Shown here one piece after another: positions 30,152 through 38,867 of a stretch of DNA of 64,000 bases; positions within the stretch are counted from its first letter, which is position 1; each line of letters begins with the position of its first letter. The translations under genes and the position numbers were made by a program. Origin of the DNA: Candidatus Eiseniibacteriota bacterium (GTDB lineage Bacteria > Eisenbacteria > RBG-16-71-46 > CAZAMP01). The DNA lies in contig OZ245046.1 of assembly GCA_965224245.1 (NCBI GenBank), positions 2,432,001 to 2,496,000 of the forward strand. The letters are read 5' to 3'. Under the pieces are notes generated by a model, which saw only the letters and a list, made by a program, of their open reading frames with translations, was not told the DNA's origin and searched no databases.

Positions 30152-30982
30152 GTGTTCATCCGTGTCGTTCCCATCGTGCTCGCGCTGTGGGCACTCGTCG
30201 CGACCTCGCCCGCGGTGGCCGAGCCGGTCCGCATCACCCTGGACGATGGCTCGACGGTGGTGGGAGAGGTCGTCTCGGAGACCGAGACGTCACTCGTGCT
30301 CGACACGGAGAGCCTCGGGCAGGTCACGATCGCTCGCGTGCGCATTCGCGAGATGGAGGCGGGCACGGGAGCGAGGTCCGAGGCGCGCGGTGATCCCGAC
30401 TACAACTCCCTTCTCCTGGTCCCCACGTCCGAGACACTGCGCAAGGGCGACTCGTACTACCGCAACTTCGAGGTGTTCTTCAACAACCTCGGGCTGGCCA
30501 TCACCGACGACCTGAGCCTCAGCGTGATGGCGGCCTTCCCGGTCGACGCGAGCTTCCGGATCGGCAGTGTCGGCGCCAAGCTCCGACTCGCCTCGCTGGA
30601 TCGCTCACCGCTGGGCGCCGCGCTGGCGGGCAACGTGCTCGTGGTCGGGGACCAGACGATCTACACCGGAACGGGCATCGTCTCGCTCGGATCTCGCCTC
30701 AGCAACCTGAGCCTGGCCATGAACGTCGTGGGAACGGACTCGGACACCGCGACGTTCGTTCTGGTCGGCGCCGGCGTTCTGATCGGAAATCACTGGAAGG
30801 CGATCGTGGAGTACGGGAACAGCTCGGACGCCATCCTCGACGACGACGATTACAACGGTCTCGTCAACATCGGGCTCCGGTACTTCAATCGCGAGTACAG
30901 CCTGACGCTCACGGGTCTCCGCCCGCTGGAGGTGAGCGGCGGATTCGCGTTTCCGCTCGTCAGCGTCTCGTTCCACTTCTGA
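30152..30982 (+). CDS. Hypothetical exported/outer-membrane beta protein
   Basis: Signal peptide, small N-terminal domain (ITLDDGSTVVGEVV), amphipathic strands, C-terminal F. Confidence 0.65.
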   Translation: MFIRVVPIVLALWALVATSPAVAEPVRITLDDGSTVVGEVVSETETSLVLDTESLGQVTIARVRIREMEAGTGARSEARGDPDYNSLLLVPTSETLRKGDSYYRNFEVFFNNLGLAITDDLSLSVMAAFPVDASFRIGSVGAKLRLASLDRSPLGAALAGNVLVVGDQTIYTGTGIVSLGSRLSNLSLAMNVVGTDSDTATFVLVGAGVLIGNHWKAIVEYGNSSDAILDDDDYNGLVNIGLRYFNREYSLTLTGLRPLEVSGGFAFPLVSVSFHF

Positions 30983-31124
30983 TGGACGCCACGGCTGTCG
31001 CCGACGACGAGGCCGAGCTCCGGACGGCGACGGCGACGACGCCCCTCGGGGGCACATGCCGGCCCATCGCACAGGCCGGCTGCGGCTCGAGCCGCGCGCG
31101 ACGCCGCCGGGTCCGCCTCTGGCG

Positions 31125-31970
31125 CTAACGAACGTCGATCGTGGCGATCCGGACGCCGTTGGTGACCTCGTTCCCCGGAGGTGCGGGCGTGACGGCGCGG
31201 GAGTCGGCATCCCCGTCGTCGGCGTCGCTCAGGTCGTCGATCAGCGACGTTGCGTGCTCACCGGAGAGTCGCCCCTCGATCTCGGTCCACAGGAGCTCGA
31301 ACGCGCGTGCCGGTGCGCTGCCCCGGGCGAACTCGGAGATCGGTCCCCGCTGAACCCCCATGCGCTCGACCGGGCTGGCGTACGGAACCCAGGCGGCGAG
31401 GAACGCGTCGTCGCGGGCGGCATCTCGAGCCAGCTCGCGATGGAGCTTCCGCCGGCGGTCCACCATCGACAGGAACGGCATCACGAGCGGCCGATAGCCC
31501 GACGATCGATCCAGATGCGCGCGGAGCTGCTCCAGCGTCCGCATCGAGAGCGGAGTGGGAATGGTCGGCACCACGAGTGCGTCAGCCGCCGCGAAGATAC
31601 GCTCCGACGCCGGCGTGAGCCCCGGGGGACAGTCCAGCACGATCAGCGTGTAGTGGGGCGACAGCGCGTCGAGAACGGTGTCGACGTCGCCGGATCCGGC
31701 CGCCCCCTCCCCGGGCGATCGCGCTGGAATGAGGTCCAGCCCGTCGAACGCCGTGGACCGCGCCCCGTGCCGGCGCAAGACCTCGCTCTCCCCGCTCGTG
31801 TCGGACTCGGTCGCCTCCTTCAGGCCGAGGTAGAACGTGGAGGCACCCTGAGGATCCAGATCCCAGAGAAGCGTCCTGGATCCCTCCCGGGCCGCGACGT
31901 GAGCGATGTTGACCGCGGCCGTCGTCTTGCCGACGCCGCCCTTGATGTTGACCATGGCAATGGTAGTCAT
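31125..31970 (-). CDS. ParA/Soj family ATPase
   Basis: NIKGGVGKTT deviant Walker A, LWDLDPQG, LDCPP, PTIPTPLS. Confidence 0.9.
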   Translation of the reverse strand: MTTIAMVNIKGGVGKTTAAVNIAHVAAREGSRTLLWDLDPQGASTFYLGLKEATESDTSGESEVLRRHGARSTAFDGLDLIPARSPGEGAAGSGDVDTVLDALSPHYTLIVLDCPPGLTPASERIFAAADALVVPTIPTPLSMRTLEQLRAHLDRSSGYRPLVMPFLSMVDRRRKLHRELARDAARDDAFLAAWVPYASPVERMGVQRGPISEFARGSAPARAFELLWTEIEGRLSGEHATSLIDDLSDADDGDADSRAVTPAPPGNEVTNGVRIATIDVR

Positions 31971-32295
31971 GCTGAGCCTGTACTCCAGGTCGATGGTCTC
32001 GCCGAAGGCGAGCGTGATGGGTGGTGGAACGTCCATCGGCTGCGCGAAGATGCACTCGGATGGATGTCGTCGTCGAGCGTACGCTGCATATATGGCGCAT
32101 CGCGGGCGTCGTGTCCACTGTCGATCTCCCGGGAATCGCGCGCGACCATCCGTCGTGATCGGGTCGGGAGCGTGTGCTAGAGTGCCTCGTGCGACGTCCG
32201 AGCGTCGTCGGGCCGACACGCCGGCCGCCGGCGCACCGAGCCCACGCGCGCGCGATCATCCCGGATTAAACAGACACTTCCACCGGACGGTGACG

Positions 32296-34071
32296 ATGCT
32301 CGACCGCCCCAGGCCGCCTCGTCCACCGCGGACACGCGGCGCGTGGATCGGCCTCTCGCTCGGCGCCCTCCTGGCGCTGGCAGGGCCGGCGTCACGACCC
32401 GCGGCGCTCGCCGAGACCCTCACTCTCACCCCCGAGTGGTCGGTCGACACCGGCGGATGAATCTTCGCCAACCCCGAGGTCTCGGGGGATCGGGTCTACG
32501 TCGGATCGTGCAACGGGCGGTTCCAGTGCCGCGACCTCACCGACGGCTCGATCCGGTGGAGCTACGACGTCAGCGCCGACGGCGAGGCCCGGAGCTTCCA
32601 CGGGAACATGCTGCTCCAGAAGAACGTGATCCTCGTCGGCACCGACCCCGAGGACGGCTACCTGTACGCGTTCGACCCGCAGACGGGCGAGGTACGCTGG
32701 AAATGGTGGGCCGCTCCCGGGATCGGTACCGACCTGGTCGCGGGGCCCGATCTCGTCTACGCGGTGACGCTGGACGACGTGCTCGTGTGCCTCGACCTGG
32801 AGACCGGCGCCGAGCAGTGGCGCAGCGTCCCCGAGACCACCGTCAGCTCCATGCTCACGCGCGGATCCACCCCGGCGCTCGAGGACGAGACGATCGTCTT
32901 CGCCGGCGTGGCGGGCCGCGTCCAGGCGCTGGACGCGCGGACCGGCGCCGCCGGGTGGTCCACCGAGGTCGGGGGGCCGGTGACCACGTCGGTGGCCCTC
33001 CATCGCTCACGAGCGCTCGTCGGAACCGAGGCCGGCGTGCTCCACGCGCTCGATCGCACCACCGGGACCGTCCTCCGTTCGGTGTCGCTGCCCGGCTCGC
33101 CGCGCGGCGAGATCGTCACGACCGAGGCGGGGCTGGTGGTGCTCGTCGGCGAGGACGGCTGGCGAGCACGGCTGGTCGCGCTGGACGACGATCTGACCGT
33201 CGCGTGGGAGAGTGTCGCCACCGACGGCTCGCTCTGGACGAGCGCCCGCCCGACGCGAGCGGGCCGGTGGATCCTGGTCGGCACGGCCAGCGGCGAGCTG
33301 GCCGCGATCTCGTCCGACACCGGCGAGACCGACTGGACACTCCCGATCGAGCCCATGCGCGACTGGACCGGGGACGGCATCCGGAGCGCCTCCATCGTCG
33401 CCGGCCGCCTCATCGTGGGCACGATCGCCGGGCGACTCACGTCGTATCGACTCCCCCCGGAGATCCTGGCCGGGGCCGGGCCCGTTCGGCGGCCCCGCCC
33501 GCGTCCGGTGGCCATGGCGCCCACGTGAGCCGGCTGACCCGGCGAAGGGTCGCCGCTTCGGGGAAGCGGCCTGGATCACGACTGGACGGTCTCGCTGCGG
33601 TACGTGGATACCGGAACCGATCGGGCTCGCTGGCGTTCCACGATCAACCGGCGCGTGCTGCCGACGCTCTCGCTCGGGATCGAGTTCAACCCGGTCGTCG
33701 GCGAGGTCGGTCCGCTGGTCACGTGGTTCTTCGTCGGTGAGGGGCATGGCACACCCGCCGTCTTCGTCGGCACCAGCTCCGATCGGATCGGAACCGACGA
33801 GGGCGAGCAGAGCTACTACGCGACGGCGACCAAGCGGCTGCCGTGGTGGCCGGTCTCGGCCTACGTGACCGCCAACTACTCCGAGGCGGACGAGTCGTTC
33901 AACGTGCCCTTCGGGGGCACGATCAACCTCACCGAGACGCTGTCGATGCGTCCGATGTACGATGGCGAGCGCACGCATCTGATGGCCACGGCGGCCACCG
34001 AGCGGTTCGCGGTGTCGCTGATCGCAGTCTGGCTGGAGCGGGTCGGCGTCTCGGTCTCCACGGGCTTCTGA
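32296..34071 (+). CDS. Putative triple-selenocysteine protein (591 aa): signal peptide, PQQ-repeat beta-propeller (Sec55), UxxU linker (Sec411, Sec414), C-terminal beta-barrel-like domain
   Basis: Track ORFs 31906..32460, 32608..33528 and 33604..34071 are in one frame, separated only by TGA at 32458, 33526 and 33535. Intervening codons are open and protein-like. A SECIS-like hairpin follows each TGA. Confidence 0.75.
32472..32487 (+). promoter_or_regulatory. Bacterial SECIS-like hairpin for TGA 32458-32460
   Basis: TGA + 11 nt + CCCCGA-GGTC-TCGGGG. Confidence 0.75.
33540..33570 (+). promoter_or_regulatory. Two overlapping SECIS-like hairpins for the UxxU codons
   Basis: CGGCGA-AGGG-TCGCCG (33540-33555) starts 11 nt after TGA1; GCCGCTTC-GGG-GAAGCGGC (33552-33570) starts 14 nt after TGA2. 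Confidence 0.65.
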
Positions 34072-34097
34072 AGGTCTCGACCACGAGGATGGCGTCA

Positions 34098-34769
34098 ATG
34101 CGCAAGCTCGTCCGTCACGCGATCGCGATCGTCGCGGTCGCCGCCTGCACCGCCGTGTTCGCCGATCCCGCCGAGCACCCGGACGAGGCGGTCTGCCGCA
34201 CGTGCGAGATCCGTGGCGGCGGGCACGGTCTCGAGAAGGTCGCCGCACACCGGGAGTACGAGGGCACGTTCTACTACTTCTGTGACCCGGGCTGTGCGGA
34301 CGCGTTCGATGCGTTCCCCGAAGCCTACGCCCACCAGCCCCTCCCGAGGCCGGCCCCCGACGTCACGTTCACCTCGCTCGACGGCTCGTCCGTTCCCCCG
34401 AGCGCGCTTCGCGGGCAGCACGTGCTCGTGGACTTCTGGGCCACGTGGTGCAAGCCCTGCGTGACGAGCATCCCCAAGCTCGTCGAGATCCAGGAAGAGT
34501 TCGGTGAGCGGGGCTTGCGCGTGGTCGGGGTCTCGATCGACGAGATCGAGGCCGATCGCGTCCGTGCGTTCGTCGACGAGAAGAACATGGCGTACACCGT
34601 GGCGCTGGACGGCGGCGACGAGCCGGCCTGGCTGGCCTATCGGGTGGCCGCGATTCCCGCGGCCTTCCTCGTCGATCCCGACGGTCGCATCGTGGCCGAG
34701 TGGAAGGGGGCGGTCGATCCCTCGCGAATCCGGGCCGAGATCGCCGACCGGCTCGGGGGGACGGACTAG
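34098..34769 (+). CDS. Exported YHS-domain + TlpA-type thiol-disulfide oxidoreductase fusion
   Basis: Signal peptide; VCRTC...YEGTFYYFCDPGCADAF YHS/TRASH domain; VDFWATWCKPC, IPAAFLVD. Confidence 0.88.
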   Translation: MRKLVRHAIAIVAVAACTAVFADPAEHPDEAVCRTCEIRGGGHGLEKVAAHREYEGTFYYFCDPGCADAFDAFPEAYAHQPLPRPAPDVTFTSLDGSSVPPSALRGQHVLVDFWATWCKPCVTSIPKLVEIQEEFGERGLRVVGVSIDEIEADRVRAFVDEKNMAYTVALDGGDEPAWLAYRVAAIPAAFLVDPDGRIVAEWKGAVDPSRIRAEIADRLGGTD

Positions 34770-35004
34770 CTCGACCGGGCCCCGGTAGGCCGCCACCGGG
34801 GCGCCCCCCGGCGCTCCCGCGAGGCTCGAGGTCGTCCGGGATCCCCGCAGCGTCCCCAAACCGCTCATCGGTAAGCATTTGCCTCAAAGCTGAGGATCGT
34901 TATATTCTGAACCGACGCCGAGCGGCGATGGGGGTCGTGTGGGCGGTACGGTCCGCACTCCGGGCGACGCGCGTTTGCCGCTGGAGACGCCGCAGGAGAG
35001 CCCG

Positions 35005-35640
35005 ATGTCCGCCGCCGCCGCTGATCTACCTCCATGGATCCACTCGCTGCCGGTTGCGATCTGGGTGTCCGACGAGCACATGCGCCTGTCGTACGTCAAC
35101 GAGGCCGCAGAGCGTCTCTTCGAGATCACCGGCGACGTCGTGGGCTGCCACTGCTTCGAGATCGTGCGCGGCCGCGACGCAAGCGGAGCTCCGTTCTGTC
35201 GCCCCGACTGTCCGGCGGCGGCCGCGATTCGTGACGGGTGCGCGAACGACGGCTTCGATCTCAAGATCGGTGACGGGGTCGGATCCTGGACGCGCGTGTT
35301 CATCGCTCCGGTCGCGGGTCGCTCGTCGCGGCCGATCATTCACTTCGCGGTCCCGATGCAGCGCGAGCACTGCGCCGAGGACTTCGTCGAGCGCGTCGCG
35401 GAGCGGACCCGTGCCGCGTCCCAGGCTCGACTCGACGCGCTCACCGACCGCGAGAAGGAGATCCTGGCACTTCTGGCGCGCGACAAGACGGCACGAGTGA
35501 TCGCCGACGAGCTGGCCATCAGCTATTCCACCGTTCGCAATCACATCCAGCACGTGCTGACGAAGATGGACGCGCACTCGACCCTGGAAGCGGTCGCGTG
35601 CTGGGTGCTCGCGACCGCCGTCGTGTCCGGCGAGGAGTGA
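35005..35640 (+). CDS. PAS + LuxR-type HTH transcriptional regulator (Cys-rich PAS)
   Basis: YVNEAAERLF PAS; GCHCF...FCRPDCP; LTDREKEIL...IADELAISYSTVRNHI. Confidence 0.88.
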   Translation: MSAAAADLPPWIHSLPVAIWVSDEHMRLSYVNEAAERLFEITGDVVGCHCFEIVRGRDASGAPFCRPDCPAAAAIRDGCANDGFDLKIGDGVGSWTRVFIAPVAGRSSRPIIHFAVPMQREHCAEDFVERVAERTRAASQARLDALTDREKEILALLARDKTARVIADELAISYSTVRNHIQHVLTKMDAHSTLEAVACWVLATAVVSGEE

Positions 35641-35769
35641 CGTCCAGCCATCCCGGACGAGAGCGCTACCGTCCGGTCGCGATCACGCGTCCCGCGACCG
35701 GCGATCACGCCACCGGGACCCGCGCCGGCGACGAGATCCTCGACCGATCGCGATCCAGGAGGCCACGCG

Positions 35770-36381
35770 ATGTCGCCGACCGGGACGTTCGAGATCGCCC
35801 CCAGCGGACGGGCGAGGTGTCGCGGGTGCGGCCGTGCAATCGCCAAGGGCGAGATCCGCTTCGGCGAGCGAATGCCCAATCCCTTCGGTGACGGCGAGAT
35901 GACCCTCTGGTTCCATCCACGATGCGCCGCGTACAAGCGCCCCGAGCCGTTCCTGGACGCCCTGTCCTCGGATACGACTCACTCCGGTGAGCTGTCCGGA
36001 CGCGAGTCCCTGATCGACGCCGCGCGGTGCGGCGCCGCGCATCGCCGGCTACCCAGGCTGAGCGGCGCCGAGCGCGCGCCGAGCGGACGCGCTCGCTGCC
36101 GGTCCTGCCGAACGCTCATCGACAAGCAAAGCTGGCGGTTCTCACTGGTGTACTACGAAGAGGGTCGCTTCGAGCCCGCCGGCTTCATCCACGCGGGCTG
36201 CGCACCGGACTACTTCGAGACGACCGTCGTGACGGAGAGCGCGACGCCTCTCGTGGAGGGCGGCGAGCTTCTCGTGGAGCGCGCCGCACACTTCTCGCAG
36301 CTGGACGACGCGGATCGGTTGGCGCTCGCCGAGGCCGTGGCCGGCGGAGGTCCGTCCACGTCCCCGGTGGCGCTCCCGTGA
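35770..36381 (+). CDS. Tandem PARP-type zinc-finger protein
   Basis: Two copies of ExAPSGRARCxxC...HxxC. Confidence 0.8.
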   Translation: MSPTGTFEIAPSGRARCRGCGRAIAKGEIRFGERMPNPFGDGEMTLWFHPRCAAYKRPEPFLDALSSDTTHSGELSGRESLIDAARCGAAHRRLPRLSGAERAPSGRARCRSCRTLIDKQSWRFSLVYYEEGRFEPAGFIHAGCAPDYFETTVVTESATPLVEGGELLVERAAHFSQLDDADRLALAEAVAGGGPSTSPVALP

Positions 36382-37127
36382 CGGCGCATCGCCGGGGAGC
36401 CGCCGGCGGGGTCGCGGCGGATCTCGTGCACGTCTGGGTCATGCCGGTGGATGCGTGCATCGCGGCGCACGGCGAGCCGGCGCTCGTGGAGCTGCTCGAC
36501 GCCGGCGAGCGAGCCGAGTGCGGCCGGGCTCGACAGGACCGGGTCCGGCGTGAACGCCTCGTGTCCAGAGCGCTCCGCCGCGTCGCCCTGTCCTGGCTCG
36601 CCGATCGTCCGGCGACGAGCTGGACGTTCACGGTCAACGCGTTCGACCGGCCCGAGCTCGTCCCGACCCCTGGCGTGCCCCCCATCCGCTTCAACGTCTC
36701 CCACTCCGGCGGTCTGGTCGCGTGCGCGACCGCGCTGGCGCACGACGTTGGAGTGGACGTCGAGGACGTCACCCGGCGGGTGTTCGACCTGGTCGCCATC
36801 TCCGGCTACCTGGCGCCATCGGAGAACGAGCATGTCGTGGCGCAGCCGGCGGCGACTCGCGCGCGCACGTTCTTTCGCTACTGGACGCTGAAGGAGGCCT
36901 ACGCGAAGGCTCGCGGCATGGGGCTCGCGGTGGGCTTCGACTCGTTCGAGATGGATCTCGGCGGCTCCATACCGTGCCTCAGCACCGGGCCGGAACGTAG
37001 CGCCTGGCGCTTCGAGCAGTGGGACGTGGGCGACTCCCACGTCGTGGCACTGGCGGTCCACGCGGAGGCAAACGAGCCGCTCCGGATCGTGTTGACCCGG
37101 CTGGACGATCTGAATCCGATTCCCTGA
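36378..37127 (+). CDS. Sfp-type 4'-phosphopantetheinyl transferase
   Basis: FNVSHSG, VGVDVE, FFRYWTLKEAYAKARGMGL. GTGA overlap with the upstream gene. Confidence 0.92.
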   Translation: MTAHRRGAAGGVAADLVHVWVMPVDACIAAHGEPALVELLDAGERAECGRARQDRVRRERLVSRALRRVALSWLADRPATSWTFTVNAFDRPELVPTPGVPPIRFNVSHSGGLVACATALAHDVGVDVEDVTRRVFDLVAISGYLAPSENEHVVAQPAATRARTFFRYWTLKEAYAKARGMGLAVGFDSFEMDLGGSIPCLSTGPERSAWRFEQWDVGDSHVVALAVHAEANEPLRIVLTRLDDLNPIP

Positions 37128-37356
37128 CACCGCGCCGGGCAGCGCCACGCGTTCGTGGAGCCGGGTCGATCTCTCCCGAGAGTGCGTAGCCGAGGGTGAT
37201 GAGCGTGACGTGACCGCATCCGGCCCGAACGGACGACGGCGCGCTCCGCGGGGCGGAGCGCGCCGGAGGCTCGAACGCGTGTGAGGTGGGCTCCCCGCTG
37301 GCAGGGCCGGGCGGTGGGATCCGATCCTGCCGTCATCCGGCGTCCCGGGACGGCCT

Positions 37357-37929
37357 TCAGAACGTGAAGCGGAGCCCGGCCGCGAACGGCCACACCCACG
37401 AGTTGCTGGTGCCGACCTCGTCCTCGTCGGTGAACGCGATGTCGCCCTGGGGGCTCAACACGAACGCCAGCTGCGGAGCGAGCGCGTAGGCGAGCTTGGC
37501 TCCCACGTTGATCGCCGGGTACGTGAAGCGGTCACCGCCGTCCACGTCGAACGTCATCGCCCCGGCCCCCGCGTTCACCAGAACGCTGAAACGTCCATCG
37601 GGGCTCGTGTACGCGTCGTAGCCGACCTTGGCCATGATGTGCGCCACGTCGATGTCGGGGCCACTGATGTCGCCGTCGAGGCTCGCGCCCCCGTGACGGC
37701 CGTAGTCCACGTCGGCGAGGAGGTAGAGCTTCGGGCTCACCTGGTAGCCTACTCCGAGGCCGAAGCTCCCGCCGGCCTCGGCCGCGTCGGTGATGTCGAA
37801 AGTCGGCACGTTCAGGCCGCCGCGCGCTTCCAGCATCATCGCGTTCTGGGCGATCGCGGCGCCGGGCAGGGTGATCCCGATCGCGAGCGCCGCCGCCAGC
37901 GCGAGGATCGTCGAGCTCGATGCATTCAT
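37357..37929 (-). CDS. Outer membrane beta-barrel protein
   Basis: Signal peptide, amphipathic strands, C-terminal GLRFTF. Confidence 0.82.
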   Translation of the reverse strand: MNASSSTILALAAALAIGITLPGAAIAQNAMMLEARGGLNVPTFDITDAAEAGGSFGLGVGYQVSPKLYLLADVDYGRHGGASLDGDISGPDIDVAHIMAKVGYDAYTSPDGRFSVLVNAGAGAMTFDVDGGDRFTYPAINVGAKLAYALAPQLAFVLSPQGDIAFTDEDEVGTSNSWVWPFAAGLRFTF

Positions 37930-38026
37930 GATGGTCCACTCCTGGTCGTGAGTCCGGGACGTCGCGATCGGCCGTCACCGGCGAACCGGGACGGCCGACG
38001 CGTTTGGTTCAGGTCGGAAGGTGCGC

Positions 38027-38572
38027 CTATGACGGGAGGATCACGCCGTCGATGACGTGGATGATGCCGTTGGAGGTCTCGATGTCGGTCGTGACGACCA
38101 TGGCGTCATTGACCATGACCTTTCCATCCTTCACCTCGATGGTCACGTCCTGCCCCTCGACCGTCTTCGCGCTCTTCAGCTTGACGACGTCCGACGCCGC
38201 CACCTTGCCCGGGACCACGTGGTAGGTGAGGATCTGGACAAGCTTGTCCTTGTTCTCGGGCTCGAGAAGCGTCTCCAGCGTCCCCTCGGGGAGCTTGGCG
38301 AACGCCTCGTCGGTGGGCGCGAACACCGTGAACGGCCCCTCGCCCGACAGCGTCTCGACGAGACCCGCGGCCTTCACCGCGGCCACGAGCGTGTCGAAGT
38401 TGCCGGCGCCGACCGCGGTCTCGACGATCGTCGGCAGAGGCGCGGCGTCGGTCGATGCGGTCGCCTCGTCGTGAGCGTGGCCATGATCGGCACCGCGGTC
38501 GGCGTGGACGGCCGGCGAGAACGTCAGTGTCGTGATCGAGACGAGGGCAGCGAGTGAGAATGCGCGAGTCAT
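38027..38572 (-). CDS. Fasciclin domain protein
   Basis: [47 protein letters not shown]. Confidence 0.95.
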   Translation of the reverse strand: MTRAFSLAALVSITTLTFSPAVHADRGADHGHAHDEATASTDAAPLPTIVETAVGAGNFDTLVAAVKAAGLVETLSGEGPFTVFAPTDEAFAKLPEGTLETLLEPENKDKLVQILTYHVVPGKVAASDVVKLKSAKTVEGQDVTIEVKDGKVMVNDAMVVTTDIETSNGIIHVIDGVILPS

Positions 38573-38867
38573 GAGTCCGGTCTCCTGTTTCGATGTGGTC
38601 GTTTCCCGGGAGAACCACGGCGAGGCCGACGGCCGTCGGTCCGCGATGCTCCGTCTCGCCCGAGTGTTCCTGACGACACCTGCATGGATGCGCTTGTCCG
38701 AGAAATATATTCAACAAAATCTCAACCTGCGATGGTTGTTGGGGTTACGGAGTCTCAGATCCTGGACAGACACCCGGTCGAGGGCGTCCGAACCTGATGC
38801 CACGCCGGCGAGCGGACCGGCCAGCCGGAGCGTCCGCGGCCGACGTCGGGGGGGCACCGGGGCCGGG

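Noticed and set aside
31125-31970. Plasmid or chromosome partition locus
   Set aside because: Orphan ParA-family gene with no parB or parS-like site nearby.
38005-38026. TCAGGTCGGAAGG resembling the SRP RNA core
   Set aside because: It lacks the following AAGCAGC and the long enclosing helix, and the intergenic gap is short.
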